From: the human T2T-CHM13v2.0 reference genome, Homo sapiens | Reading direction: 5' to 3' (one strand) | DNA: 64,000 nucleotides | Assembly (NCBI RefSeq): GCF_009914755.1 | Contig: NC_060933.1 | Shown here: in pieces, positions 1 to 17,790 of the stretch | Layout of the letters: every line of letters starts with the position of its first letter | How positions within the stretch are numbered: the first letter of the stretch is position 1 | Program-made: the position numbers and the translations under genes | Notes under the pieces: model-generated | What the model was told of the DNA's origin: nothing | Database searches by the model: none | The model's input: the letters and a program-made list of their open reading frames with translations, nothing else

Positions 1-3513
<3,513 letters not shown>

Positions 3514-3539
3514 TCAACCTGCTCTATACGTCAATTTGC

Positions 3540-4168
3540 ACATGTCTATGTGGACATGTTTTGAACTCCTTTGTAGAAATACTAAGAAGAGGAATTGCTA
3601 GATCGTTCCATATGTTTAATTTTGTAAGAACTCACCAAACTCTCTACCAAACTGGCTGTACCATTTTTCATGCTGACCAGCAATGAATGAGATTCTTTTG
3701 TTCTATCTCCCTCCAGCATTTGGTGCTGTCAGAGTTCTGTATTTTGACTATTCAAATAGTGTGTAGAAGTATGTTGCTTTTATTTTAATTTGCATTTCTC
3801 TGCTGACATAAGATGTAGGGCTTCTTTTTATATGCTTATTTTTTCCATTTGGATATATCTGCTGTATCTGTTAGGTTATTGGCCCTTTTAAAAATGGAGT
3901 TTGTTTTTTATCTTATTGTTGAATTTTACGATTTCTTTGTATATTTGGAATAGTAATCCTTTATCACACAGGTCTTTTACAAATATTTTTCCCCAGTCTG
4001 TGGCTTGTCTTCTCATTCTCTTAACAGTGATTTTTGCAGAGCAGAAATTTTTAACTTTAATGAAGCCCATCTTATCAATTATTTATTTCCTGAATCATGC
4101 ATTTGGTATTGCATCTAAAAATTCATCTCTAACCCCAAGGGAATCTAGATTTTCTGCTATGTTACCTT
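3540..4168 (-). mobile_element. Old L1M (L1MB/MC-like) ORF2 3' fragment
   Basis: Minus ORF 3888-4070 'FIKVKNFCSAK..RQATDWGKIF' resembles L1 ORF2. Confidence 0.8.
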
Positions 4169-4169
4169 T

Positions 4170-4521
4170 TGGGCTTGTGTGATTATGGGGGCTGGCAAGT
4201 GTGACCTTTGGCTGGAAATTCACATGAGTCAGTGCAGTACTGAATTCAAATTCTACAGGGCAGCAGGTTGAAAACTCTGGTAGGGTTTCTATGTTGCAGT
4301 CTTGAAGGGACTTCCTTTTCCTCAGTCTTTGTCCCTAAGACTTTCAACTGATTGGATATGGCCTAACTCATTTTATGCAACACAATCTGTTTACTCAAAG
4401 TCTACCGATTTAAATTTTAAATACATTAAAAAGCACATTGACAGAAACATCTAGACTAGTATTTGACCAAACAGCTTCACACTATAGCCCTGCCAGGTTG
4501 ATTAATAAAATTTACCATTCC
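4170..4521 (-). mobile_element. MLT2 (MLT2D-like) ERVL solo LTR
   Basis: Reverse complement resembles the MLT2 start (…GTTTGGTCAAATACTAGTCTAGATGTT…GTAGACTTTGAGTAAA…CCAATCAGTTGAAAG). Confidence 0.75.
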
Positions 4522-5619
4522 AGCAACATTTTATATCTGAAAAATGTTTCCAAGCCAAAAACCTGTAGCAAATCGTCAGGCAATACTTAAGCATAATTTA
4601 GAAATTATACCTTCAACAAAATTGTAGTATTTAACATTGTGATAATTAATATTAAGAGTTCTAAATAATTAAGGCCATATACCAACTTGGGTCTCCAAAA
4701 GTATAATTCTTCAGTCTGTTAAATTTAGAGATCATTTTCTTCTCCCCCATGTAGTCTTGTGAACTTGATACCAGGATCATTGCAGCAGTTGTCAGAAAAA
4801 TCTTGCCCATCTTTCTCTGTCTGACAGAGTGATGCCTGGTCTTCTCCAATCATGCCCAGTCTGTATTATGGACATGCACCTCCCTTTTTAGCTTACTTTA
4901 ATTGTCATCTGCTGTCCAACAGAATGCCTCCACAATGGCAATGGATGCAGGTCTGACATAATTAAGAGTATATATAGTGCTATGAACACATTGATGCTAA
5001 TCTGGCCAGTAAATGTCAAATTATTACAGTAATTATAGGCTGCATCTAGGAAATGAAGGTTGGTGGGAATTTTAAATGATTCCCCTTTATTCTCATTACT
5101 AGTTGACATATCACTGTAAAAGGAAGTTTTGTAACAAATTCTGTCAAAAAAGCAGGATAAATACTTCTATAATTTGTTCTTCTAAGTTCAGGACAATGCT
5201 CATTATTTCTTTAGACATTATTACAAGTCCCTTGTAGAAAGGGCTCAGTTTGTGGAGGTACAAGAATAAATTTCAGATTAAGAGGAAGAAGCCTCCATGA
5301 ATACAGGAGAAAGTAGAAGAAAGGCCATCTGGAATTCTAGACCTAGAGACTGATCCAAAGACTGTTGGGCTGTCATACCAAGGTATTTGTGCCCTTATTG
5401 TAGCAAATAACATATCTTGAAGAACACTAATTTTACCACTAAAATATTTCTGGTGTTTATTTACAAAATGGTATTTGTAGTGCTTAGTTGCTATCTTTCG
5501 ATTGTGAATTTCTACTTTGGTCATTCCAAATGCTATCTAAATGCCATGATGTCTGATGAAATATTATACACTCACATAAATGACACTGTTTGTATTAAAA
5601 TATTTTAAAGTACATTACC

Positions 5620-5948
5620 AAAGAGGGAAATTTGAACACATGCTACACATGGATGAATCTGAAGACATAATGCTAAGTGAAACAACCCAGTCACATAAAG
5701 GCAAATATTGTACAATTCACTATGTAAGGTATCTAGAACAGTAAAATTTAAAGAGATATAAAGTAGAGTTATGGTTGCCAGAAGCTGAAAGAAAGAAGAG
5801 AGAATGTTTCTTGAAAAGTTCTGGAGATATATATAGTGATTATTACAGAACAATGTGAATATAACTAATGCTACAGAACTGTACACCTAAAAATGGTTAA
5901 TGTGGTAAAGGTCATGTTGTACATTTTGTACTACAATATAAAAGAAAG
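5620..5948 (+). mobile_element. L1MB-type 3' end
   Basis: 'catggatgaatctgaagacataatgctaagtgaa…gaactgtacacctaaaaatggtta' is a typical L1MB 3'UTR. Confidence 0.8.
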
Positions 5949-6580
5949 GTCATTGCCACATAATAATATACAGTATGCTATAATCTAATGATAGGTTTTA
6001 GCACTGTCCAGTCCTTCCCAGGTAAACATGCTGAAGCTTTCTTTTCCACAGAATCACCAAACGTCTGAGTGTCAAGGACATCATTCCCTGCTTTAGATAA
6101 ATATGAGCAGCCAGAGCTTTAGGCAAAGTGAAAGGGTATAATTGCCCCTAGAAGGACATGCTAGAAACTGCTGGAGACAATTAACTGACAGCAACCAGAG
6201 AAAAAGCCAACCTGAATGCTCAGAATGGGCAATTTTCTGCAACTCTTTTAATGATAAATGATGGTGTTCCATCTTGCATGTGGTTCATGACAATGAAGTT
6301 GGGTGACTTTATTCTTCTATCCTTGGTTTCCCAGGAGTCTTTCTAAGATCACACTGGTCTCTCTAATACCTCTCTTCCAGGTTGGGTGAACCTCATGTAC
6401 AGCATAATAAATAAACAAAATAAATGGAGAGTTGGTGGTTATGAGTACTCAGAAATATACACAACATTGAAGAAACCCACAAATACAAAGATGGACGCAT
6501 GCTACCTGTGCTAGGTATCAAGTATTTGTGTGAAGATAAAAAGAAGAAATGGGTGACTATCAACAGAGTTGAAATATTGT

Positions 6581-7003
<423 letters not shown>

Positions 7004-7048
7004 TCAATCCACTAAAATCTGAGCATTCTGGGGTTTTTTGTCTGTTGG

Positions 7049-7356
7049 TTTTTTTTTTTTTTTTTTTTTTTTTGAGACAGAGTCTCGCTCTGTTGCCCAG
7101 GCTGGAGTGCAGTAGCTCGATCTCGACTCACTGCAAGCTCGGCCTCCTGGGTTCACGCCATTCTCCTGCCTCAGCCTCCTGAGTAGCTGGGACTACAGGC
7201 GCCCGCCACCACGCCTGGCTAATTTTTTTGTATTTTTTAGTAGAGAAGATGTTTCACTGTGTTAGCCAGGATGGTCTCGATCTCCTGACCTCGTGATCCC
7301 CCCACCTCGGCCTCCCAAAGTTCTGGGATTACAGGTGTGAGCCACCGCGTCCGGCC
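7049..7356 (-). mobile_element. AluY-like, full length
   Basis: Poly(T) followed by antisense Alu ending ccggcc; contains 'gttagccaggatggtctcgatc'. Confidence 0.97.
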
Positions 7357-7763
7357 CGTTTGTTTTATTTTTAACTTGCCTAATTGAATATTTTATCTCT
7401 AGGCAGCATAAGGAAGCAAACAGGAGTTTCCTTGTTGGAAGCTAATTCTGTTCAACGAAAAAGAAATTATTAATGGAGTGTAAATCACTGGATTCTTACT
7501 TCCTGGAACTTATCTTGTTTGTTCTTATCATGTTTATTTTATGCACATTTTATTTTTTCCTGATATGTATGTCCCATTTATTACACCTTGCTTCATCAAA
7601 TAGTTTATCTGAGCTTTACACAACTCTCCAAGTGCTTATTTAATATATAAAAGTTTCACATCTTAGTAAAATCTACCCATTCAGTTACACACTATAAGGA
7701 AAACCATGCATAGCTAAAATATTTCTCTTGTTCTCAAATAATTCACTGTCGGGAGGAAAATGT

Positions 7764-7950
7764 CATTCTTTCATTCATTTATCTAACACATATATAATAA
7801 GCATCTACTTTGCCTGAAGTGCTATTATAGAATCTGAGGTGACAAAGTTTCTGATTTAAGGCAGCTTACAAATTAGTGGGAAAAGAGAGACAGACAAAAT
7901 GAATTGAGAAGTAGCTTTATAAGATAGTGATAAATTCTATAAGGAAAATT
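7764..7950 (-). mobile_element. L2 3' end fragment
   Basis: 'cattcatttatctaacaca…gcatctact…gcagcttacaaattagtggg' resembles the antisense L2 terminus. Confidence 0.6.
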
Positions 7951-8166
7951 TTTTTAAAAATCAGGTTAAAATGTAGATAATAATGGGTTGATGTGATGTA
8001 AAGGAATAAATTTAAAGTGATAAGTTTTGTTTTCTAATTCGATTTTTGCTTACTGAATTCTAACAAATGAGAGCCTCCCAAATTTGCTTTATGAATTCAA
8101 TATTTCCTTTTTCATAGATTACTTCCTTAATTGGACATTTTGTGGAAAGGATCCTTACAGTTTACT

Positions 8167-8471
8167 TTTCTTTTTTTTTTTTTTTTTTTTGAGACAGAGT
8201 CTCGCTCTGTCACCCAGGCTGGAGTGCAGTGGCGCGATCTCGGCTCACTGAAAACTCCGCCTCCCGAGTTCACACCATTCTCCTGTCTCAGCCTTCCGAG
8301 TAGTTGGGACTACAGGCACCCGCCACCACGCCCGGCTAATTTTTTGTATTTTTAGTAGAGAAGGAGTTTCACCGTGTTAGCCAGGATGGTCTTGATCTCC
8401 TCACCTCGTGATCTGCCCGCCTTGGCCTCCCAAAGTGCTGGGATTACAGGCCTGAGCCACTGCGCCCGGCC
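8167..8471 (-). mobile_element. AluY-like, full length
   Basis: Poly(T), antisense Alu body, ends gcgcccggcc. Confidence 0.97.
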
Positions 8472-9651
8472 AAGTTTTCTTAAATTAACCGTGTTTTCAC
8501 ATGCATATCAAATTCAATATAACTTAATTTGCTATAATTACATTGGTTTGATTTACATTTTAAAATTAGGCAAAAGAAAGACAAATTGGATATATACATA
8601 CATTTGTTTTATTAAGTCATGATATTTTTATAACTCAGTTCACACTGGTCTGGGATGAAAACAGGAACACAACAACAATAATAAAAATAACACTAAATAC
8701 CCAGACTCATGTATGCTTATATATTAAGAACAGAAATCGTTTACAATCACACAATTTATTTTCTATATTAATGTTACTTTTCTATATCACGAAGTTTTAG
8801 CCGAGGAAAACAATAGATGTAAAGAACATCATTGTTTCTTCCAAGAACTTCCCAGAAAGTCTTATTTGAATAAATTTCAAACTGTTAGACTTCATAATTG
8901 ATGGCAATAAGCAACTGTTTACACTCTACAACTCTTCCAAATCTTCACCTTGATTTATTCTGGAATAAAGTTGGGAATTGGCCAACAGGAAAAGTCAGGT
9001 TAGCATTACCAGAGAAATGGATAAGACTAATAACCTAGAGTTTTAATCTTTTTGATGTCTTCAAAACACATCTTTCAGGAGCTGTATCCAGAGTCCACAA
9101 CATGTTGATGGTCCAATAACTGGATCTGAAACTTCAGCTGACTCAGAGATGTCCCAGCATCAATGATGCCTGCTATTGGTTAGCATATAAATATCATAAC
9201 AATTTGTAGTTTGTTAGATAAAACTAGCCAATAAAATTTATAACTTTATACAAGGATAGTGCTAGTATAAATTTTATATATATGTGTGTAATAGCCACTT
9301 CAAAATCAGATGTAGGCTTGATGAGCAAGACCCCAGGTTCTATTGAGAGAAAGAATAAAGTAAGACTTCAGATTAAAAACAAGACAAAGTCTTAACATAA
9401 TAGAAAATCCACAGAAACAGTGAGCCATTTTAATCTTTGTGCACAGGCTTTTTAACATATTAGTTTCTTCGGTTTCTGTTTTGTTTTGTTTTTATTTGTA
9501 CTCTGATGCATTTTCACTTTAATCCTTCGTATCTCTATTTTTGTTTTCTTCATGGCTGACTGTTGTTCTTTATTCCCTCTAAAGCACCTTCTTCCTTCAC
9601 CCACTTGCATATTAATTTAATTTTGTTGACTTCCTTTAAAAATGTCAGCAA

Positions 9652-10723
9652 AATGGGCAAAGACTTCATGACTGAAACACCAAAAACAATGGCAACAAAA
9701 GTCAAAATTGACAAATGGGATCTAATTAAACTAAAGAGCTTCTGCACAGCAAAAGAAACTACCATCAGAGTGAACAGGCAACCTACAGAATGGGAGAAAA
9801 TTTTTGCAATCTCTCCATCTGACGAAGGGCAAATATCCAGAATCTACAAAAACTTAAACAAATTTACAAGAAGAAAACAAACAAACCCATCAAAAAGTGG
9901 GCAAAGGATATGAACAGACACTTCTCAAAAGAAGACATTTATGCGGCCAACAAACATATGAAAAAAATGCTCATGATCAGTGGTCATTAGAGAAATCCAA
10001 ACCAAAACCACAATGAGATACATCTCATGCCAGTTAGAATGGAGATCTTTAAAAAGTCAGGAAACAACAATGCTGGAGAGGATGTGGAGAAATGGGAATT
10101 TTTACGCTGCTGGTGGGAGTGTCAATTAGTTCAACCATTGTGGAAGATGGTGTGGTGGTTCCTCAAGGATCTAGAATTAGAAATACCATTTGACCCAGGA
10201 ATCCCATTACTGGGTATATACCCAAAGGACTATAAATCATTCTACTATAAAGACACATGCACATGTATGTTTACTGCACAACTATTCACAATAGCAAAGA
10301 CTTGGAACTAACACAAATGTCCATCAATGATAGACTGGATAAAGAAAATGTGGCACATATACACCATGGAATACTATGCAGCCATAATAAAGGATGAGTT
10401 CATGTCCTTTGCAGGGACATGGATGAAGCTGGAAAACGTCATTCTCAGCAAACTAACACAAAAACAGAAAACCAAACACCACATGTTCTCATTCATAAGT
10501 GGGAATTGAACAATGAGTACACATGGACACAGGGAGGGGAATATCACACACTGGGCCCTGTCGGGGGCTGGGGGGCGCAGGGAGGGATAGCATTAGGAGA
10601 AATACCTAATGTAGGTGACAGGTTGATGGGTGCAGCAAACTACCATGGCAGGTGTATACCTATATAACATACCTGCATGTTCTGCACATGTACCCCAGAA
10701 TTAAAGTATAATAATAAAAAAAA
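9652..10723 (+). mobile_element. 5'-truncated L1PA (L1PA7/8-like)
   Basis: ORF2 C-terminal fragments, 3'UTR and A tail; approximate TSD aaaatgtcagcaa / aaaagtcagtcaa. Confidence 0.95.
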
Positions 10724-11721
10724 GTCAGTCAATTCAACCCTGATAACTTTCTTTCCCTGAGGTGGTGCAACTCTGCTAGAAGTTTAACATGAATCTCATA
10801 GTAGTTCATTTTTGGGAATGTCTTTACCTTTGAGCACTTAGCATGAAGGTCATTATTCCTTTGAACTGAATATTTTCATAATTCCTATAATGTTGTTATT
10901 TGTTTTATAGTTATTTTCCAATGAAGTATTTGGGTATCCAGATCTGTGTACTGCCTTTTGTTCCTTTCATTGTGTATGTGTTAAAGTCTTATTTAGTGTT
11001 TGTTGAAGTCTTTTCCTCAGATTAGCAGCTAAAGACCAGGTTAGTGTTTACAGCTTCCAGACCAATTCTGATTTCTAGCCCATAACTGCTTCTCCTCCTG
11101 CCTTCATTTCTAACTGACATTGTAAATAATGGGACTAATTAGAACCTGTAATTCCCAAGATTTCCTGCTCCAATCCTCTTTCTGACTCTGCTCTCACAAA
11201 TTGAAGTGAAAACCACCCTTTCAATTGCCACTCTCCTTTTTTTAATCTGGTAACATTTAAAGACATGAATGGTACTATTAAATCATGCCATCAATAGTTT
11301 CTGTAAGAGTGGACTACATACAAAGACAGTAGTCACAATCTGAGTACAAAATTAAACAGTTTTATTTATCAGTATAAGGAGCAAAGGCAGGAGTCTTTTA
11401 TAGAAAGAATATAAATGTGGATGGTTATGTGGAAGAAGAATGCTTCTCTATTACCTTACATTGATGTCTTGGAAATTAAACTGACTTGATTCGCCCAGCT
11501 GATCTTAGTCTCTGAGACCAATAAGCAAAGATGAGAGTAGGATATAGCCTTTTGTAATTCACCCTGGGCTGGAAAAGAGAAAGCAGCCAGCTTTGATTTT
11601 GTTTTTTAGGTACAGTGGATTCCTTAATGGTAAGATATCACTCCTTGATTTGTAACAATGTTAAGCCATCAAAACATAAACTCAGAACAGAAACATTTAC
11701 ACTAATAACTATGTCCTACAT

Positions 11722-11753
<32 letters not shown>

Positions 11754-11758
11754 CACAC
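11722..11758. repeat. (CA)n microsatellite
   Basis: Directly visible, with one interruption. Confidence 0.95.
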
Positions 11759-12449
11759 TATCAGTAGTTGAGGCGGAAATTCTAAGCAATAGTTCCAAGG
11801 ATACTTAAAAAGAAGGAGTTTGTATTGGGCATGAGATGAAGGAAGCCCCAGGAGTTTTGCTGCTTCTTCTCAATTATCTTATTTGATTCTATCTCCAAAC
11901 AAAGGAAGACTATACAGTAATAAAAAATTAATGTGGACACTCCAAGAGGAATCATTGTTTTATTTTTCTGCAAAGAGAGCTGGCATATTTTCTAGAGTTT
12001 AGGGAGAAGAAGATATGACAATACTTCAGCCATTTTTTTCAGGAAAAGCTGTTGGTAATGAACAGCATAATGCGCCAGGAGCATACCTTAGATATGCGTT
12101 GCTAAGCTCATAAACAACAGTTTTATAGGTACCGAAAACCTGAGATTTTCATAATAAATTGCCTTTAAACTCACTTTTTAACAGTAATATCTTGTTTTAT
12201 TTTTATTGTCATTTAGTTGGTATTATATGGACTAGTTGGAAGAGGTCACATCGTATGATGCTAATCAAATGCTTTTTTAAAGAGTAAATTATTTATTCTT
12301 TTAAAAAAGAATAGATGCATCTAAATAGCATCTATAATTTCCATTTCTAGTAATAGAATTTTTTAAACATTTGCTTTAAAGTCATATTCTACATATTTAG
12401 AGATTGACTAGAGCATCAACAGTCTATACAGGGCACACTTGCGTGTATA

Positions 12450-12796
12450 TGCATCTGTGTGTGTATTCATCTGTGTGTCCATGTGTGTAAAAACGAAATG
12501 TTTGTGTGAACAGATGGAATGCACTTGCCTTTGTATCAGCACGTTCACAATATTTTTATATGACAGAACAAATAACTACCAATCAAGTAGAATAAACTAT
12601 ACACTCTATGAGCTTACATTTACTGCATCTGTGTGTGTATGCGTCTGTGTGTCCATGTGTGTAAAAACGAAATGTCTGTGTGAACAAATGGAATGCACTT
12701 GCCTTTGTATCAGCACTTTCACGATATTTTTATATGACAGAACAAATAACTACCAACCAAGTAGAATAAACTATACACTCTATGAGCTTACATTTA
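12450..12796. repeat. Tandem duplication, 2 x 173 bp (period 174)
   Basis: 12450-12622 versus 12624-12796, ~7 mismatches. The repeated peptide shows in ORF 12439-12810. Confidence 0.95.
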
Positions 12797-14704
12797 TGTG
12801 TTTGTTGTAACAAAAAGCTTGGAATATAGAAAGAACTCAGTAAGTGCTTGCTAAATGACAAATTAGAGATTAATATATTGTCTGAAAATGTCTTTCCATA
12901 GTAGACTATGCATTAACATAAAAGAAGATAGTACTAGCAGGAAAAGAGAAGCTAAATTTTATTTATTTCATGTTTGGTTTCTGAAGAACATCTGAGCAAG
13001 AACTGTAATTAGCAGTCAAACGAGTAATGTGTTGTGTAGTTGTGCCACAGACATATGTTCATTTAACAACAAAAAAGCAATGCCCAGACCTTAGGAAGAT
13101 TTTCTATTTACGTCTTCTCCCCTCCACTTCCCTCTCAGTCTGTAGTCAGGGGATAAACAAGGTACCAACTGAAGCTAGAAGTGCTATTAGTAGAATAACA
13201 TTTAAAACAAGAAGAATAAAACTAAAATCATATGCTGTGACCCAGAACAGTGGTATAATTAAATTTACTGGGGCAGAAAATTTACTTTGGAGATTAATAT
13301 CACCTTTAGGCACTTTAATGTCTTTTGGTGTAAATAAACACGATAGTACCTTTCCATATGTTTTATATATAATATGTTTACTACAAGTGCCTTCTTAAAA
13401 AAAATAAGAAACCACTACTTATAAAACTGAGGTGTATCTAACCCCACCTTTTCTTCACAATTATATTAGCTCTATTGTCTCTCTGAAACTTTATCAAAAA
13501 AAAGTCAAAGCAAGATTAATTTAATAATAGCATAATAGCATGAAAATAATAAAAATTGGTCCATCACTAGTAATTGTGTTCTCTTAATATGGGAAACTAT
13601 TGAGATACACAGTAAGGAAAACAATGTGTTCTCCCTGTTTTGTGAGAGATTGTAACTCACTTGACTTCTGTCTACATTCTCATTATTCCTGCTAAAAGGA
13701 AGAGGAGTGAAGTGTCTGGCTGGTGATTGTGCAGTTCTGCCCCTTCCCTTCACCCGTGCCTTTGGGATTTTTGCGCTCTGCTCTTGACCTTGCTTCAAGT
13801 TCAGTGAAGGTCTGCTTTAGAGCAAGGTCTGCAGTTTTCTATCAGGACCCCTTATGAAGGGTAAGCCTGCCTAATCCTGGACAAGAGTGTTGTTCCCCCA
13901 TATCTAATTATCCCATGCACTGGCACCTCAGTTTATTATTGTAAGGTCAGTGTGGTGTTGTTGTTTTAAAGTCAGTAACAAACCTAAGGTTTTTCCATCC
14001 AATGGACTGATTTCTCATTTTCAACTGGCTCAGAAGTCAGTAGCAAAAAAAGGGGTTTATTTATTGGGCTCTCTGAAATTCCAGCATTGCAGAAAATGCA
14101 ATAAACATTTATGCCAAAAACTATTGTTAGGAATAAATTAAAATGTTGAATAATGAAGTTATTCAAAGTCATTAATGCCTAAGAAACATTATTTTTTAAT
14201 TTTTCTCTTGAATAAAAAAGAGTTATTCTTCCATTTTCTTCAACAAAGAAATGAGTATTCTAACCCTTTACCAAGCACATCCATTCCAGGTATTATGATA
14301 CTATGCTAAAATAGAAAAGGCAACACCTAAAAATAAATAGTTTAGGTATGTATTGTCTATGTTTCTGTGATGAGGTAATCATTTGTTAACATTGAGTCAG
14401 CTCACTGACACCCAGAATTTTTTTCATTGCTAGGAAGTATATGCTCTAGTTCTATGTATGAGCAACCAATTTGTTTGTAAAAAACTATCTCACAGGAAAG
14501 AAAAATTATACACTAGCAAAATGGAAGTCTTCCCTTACTTTATTGTCTTCCTAAGACTATTTTACCACTAATCGTGACAATCAATACAAAACACTTGCAA
14601 ATCCAAATGGTGCATGACTTTGCTTAATTTTAGAATGCAGATTATATTTACATCCCTTACAAAGTGCTTCACAGATTCTTTTACAACTACATATTTAGTT
14701 TTAG

Positions 14705-14826
14705 TCTTATTCATCCATTCTTTAAGAAATGTTGACTGACACCTACACCAAGTGTTTGAAATAAGGTGTACAATAGTGAACGGCGCACATTCACTAGTCA
14801 CCTGCTCTCATGGGGCTCAGTTTCTA
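14705..14826 (-). mobile_element. L2 3' fragment
   Basis: 'ttcatccattc…atagtgaac…cctgctctcatggggctcagtttcta'. Confidence 0.55.
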
Positions 14827-15767
14827 TATTTCACAACCTATTTTTGATATGATAGAATATGTTTAAATTATTTATATCGCAAAATAATATTTTAATATGT
14901 CATTGCACAATGTGCGATGTTACACATACAGATGAATTACCTTACACTAAACCAAATTCTTATTTGTAGTTTGGCTATTCTCAATTTTTCAGAAATTACA
15001 GAAATGGTGTTACAATAACAGACTATATACTATCACTTTTAAAGTATGCCTTTACGTTTTAAGGGTAAATTTTAGATCCAAATTTTAAATATTTTAAAAC
15101 CATTCACAAATATTGCCAACACACTTAGTCATCTAGTTCAGTTATTATATATATTTCTTGGTTGATTTAGTGCAAAAAAATGTTGTATATGTCATACTAG
15201 ATATATATAATTTTAATAATAAAATTATATATGGGCAATTAAAATAAATCCTGTATTCTAATCATTTTAAGTTGTTTCTAGATTTTAAAAACATTTTTAT
15301 TCTCTCAGCTGAAAAAGATATTTAGATGAGCCAACCTTAAGTGAACATTAATATGTGTAACTAGATTTTAATCTACCTCCATATACAAATAGTTCCTGAA
15401 GGTATGGTAGCTACTAAAGCACAGTCATCAGTGTTCATTAAAAAATGCCCTATTGAATGGTAAAATCATTTTCAACTTATTGATATTAGGTTATATAGAT
15501 TATTTCAAAGCTGTTGACTTATATTAGAAGACTATTAAATGTTTTCTGAATGTTTATATAAAATTATTCTAATTCAAGACAGCTTGCTGACATCTCCATA
15601 GTATCTCACTGATTTGGAGTGCATGTGGTTATACTTTTCTGAATGTAATTTTTTTGCCCCTAACTCACATGGATCAGTCTTCAAAGTCTTCAAAAGACAC
15701 AGAAGATGAGCAGATGTGAAAGAATGAAACAAAATGAGAATGTATCTCTAACATCTGGAATATTAAT

Positions 15768-16808
15768 TGTTGTAGGAAGTCAGGGACCCAGAATGGAGGG
15801 ACTGGCTGGAACCATGGCAGAGGAACCTACATTGTGAAGATTTCATGGACATTTATCAGTTCCCAAAATTAATACGTTTATAATTTCTTATGCCTGTCTT
15901 TACTGCAATCTCTGAACATAAACTGCAAAAATTTCATGGACATTTATCACTTCCCTAATAATACTTTTATAATTTCTTATGCCTGTCTTTACTTTAATCT
16001 TTTAATCCCATTATCTTCATAAGCTGAGAATGTACATCGCCTCAGGACGACTATTGTACAAATTGATTGTAAAACGTGTGTTTGAACAATATGAAATCAG
16101 TGCACCTTGAAAAAGAACAGAATAACAGTGATTTTCAGGGAACAGGGGAAGACAACCATAAGGTCTGACTGCCTGCGAGGTTAGGCAGAATAGAGCCATA
16201 TTTTTCTTCTTGCAGAGAGCCTATAGACGTGGAAGTAGGAGAGATATTGCTGAATTATTTTCCCAACAAGGAATACCCTGGGGAAGGAATGCATTCCTTG
16301 GGGGAGGTCTATAAACGGCTGCTCTGGGACTGTCTGTCTGATGGTGGTTGAGATAAGGACTGAAATACACCCTGGCCTCCTGCAGTACCCTCAGGCTGAC
16401 TAGGATTGGGAAATTCCAGCCTGGTAAATTTTGGTCAGACCGGTTCTCTGCTCTCAAACCCTGCTTTCTATTAAGATGTTTATCAAGACAATACGTGCAC
16501 AACAGGACATAGACCCTCATCAGTAATTCTGATTTTGCCCTTGCCTTGTGATCTTTATTGCCCTTTAAAGCATGTGATCTTTGTGACATCTTCCCTGTAC
16601 ATATACCCTCTCCCCTTTTAAAATCCCTAATAAAAACTTGCTGGTTTTGCGGCTCAGGGAAAATCACAGACCTACTGATATGTGATGTTACCCCCGGAGG
16701 CCCAGCTGTAAAATTCCTCTCTTTGTACACTTTATTTCTCAGACTGGCCGACACTTAGGGAAAATAGGAAGAACCTACATTGAAACACTGGGGGCTGGTT
16801 CCCCGATA
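15768..16808 (+). mobile_element. MER11 solo LTR (HERV-K11/HML-8)
   Basis: Starts TGTTGTAGGAAGTCAGGGACCC, has internal repeats of 'atttcatggacatttatca', AATAAA at ~16629, ends GGGGCTGGTTCCCCGATA. Confidence 0.93.
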
Positions 16809-17569
16809 TTACCTAAAGTTACTGAAAGATAACTTTTATCTTTTTACTCATGGATGAGTAAAATAATCTTAATAACTACCTGAATTACATTGCCAGCTCA
16901 GGTCAGATCAATGACAAATTTGAATGGAACATTTTTATATCTGTTTCTGTATCGGACGGTTTCATATTATTATCTAGAAATTTTCATGGTAGACTGCCTA
17001 TAAATATTAAAAGTGACACTAGGAAAAATGTATTAGTTCTAAACACTTACAAAAGTTCACTCTATTTAGTAATTGCAATTTTAAAGTGTTCACTAATGGT
17101 GCTTCAAGTAAGAAAATTTTTTAGCTGGGTAAACATAGATTTAGAAATGTAGGTGATATAGCCCTAGATTAACAGAATTATGTGAATTATCTGACTCTTT
17201 GTATGTGTATGTGTATAACATCTAATCTCAAATATTACACTATTTAAATATGTGAAATACTTTTTATCAGATAGACTAATAAATTATTTAACTTTTATTT
17301 ACCATTCTTACAGATTAAACCCACTCTTAATTAGACTTATTTATCTCTATACTTTTAAAATTATCAAATACTTATAAAATGCTTTGGCAATTATACATTT
17401 TATTCTTTAAGGATAAGATGCTATCTGGGTAATTAGATGGGTAATTGATTAAATAGATTTTTGCACTAGCAAAATTAAATAACTTTGGTGTTCTTAATAT
17501 CTTTAAAGATCACAAATACATAAAATGGAAAGTAGCACCCCTGTGTGAAAAATGTGCACCAATTCTCAA

Positions 17570-17790
17570 ATAGTAATGACAGTTAATTCTTTAGTGCTTA
17601 CTATGTACCAGGTACCATGTTATTTATATTGAAGCTTCAAATCATACCTTTCCCTTTGCGCAAATATGTTCCCCATGTTGTGCATGAGGAAACTAAACAC
17701 TGAAAATGTACAAACTTAAGTAAGTTCTTACATCTCGCAAGTAGTAGAGTAAGGGTTCAAGTCCAGGCAATCTGACTTAAGACACATTTT
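17570..17790 (-). mobile_element. MIR
   Basis: 'tgcttactatgtaccagg…atgaggaaactaa…ttcaagtccaggcaatctgact'. Confidence 0.65.

Noticed and set aside
4730-6400. Higher-complexity unique stretches as exons or a processed pseudogene
   Set aside because: I found no sustained ORF or recognisable protein; a homology or conservation search is needed.
12311-12335. 8-bp hairpin atagatgc…gcatctat
   Set aside because: Short enough to be expected by chance.
13027-13398. 123-aa ORF in unique sequence
   Set aside because: No recognisable homology or exon context.
16221-16754. 177-aa minus-strand ORF
   Set aside because: It lies wholly within the antisense MER11 LTR and has no recognisable domain.
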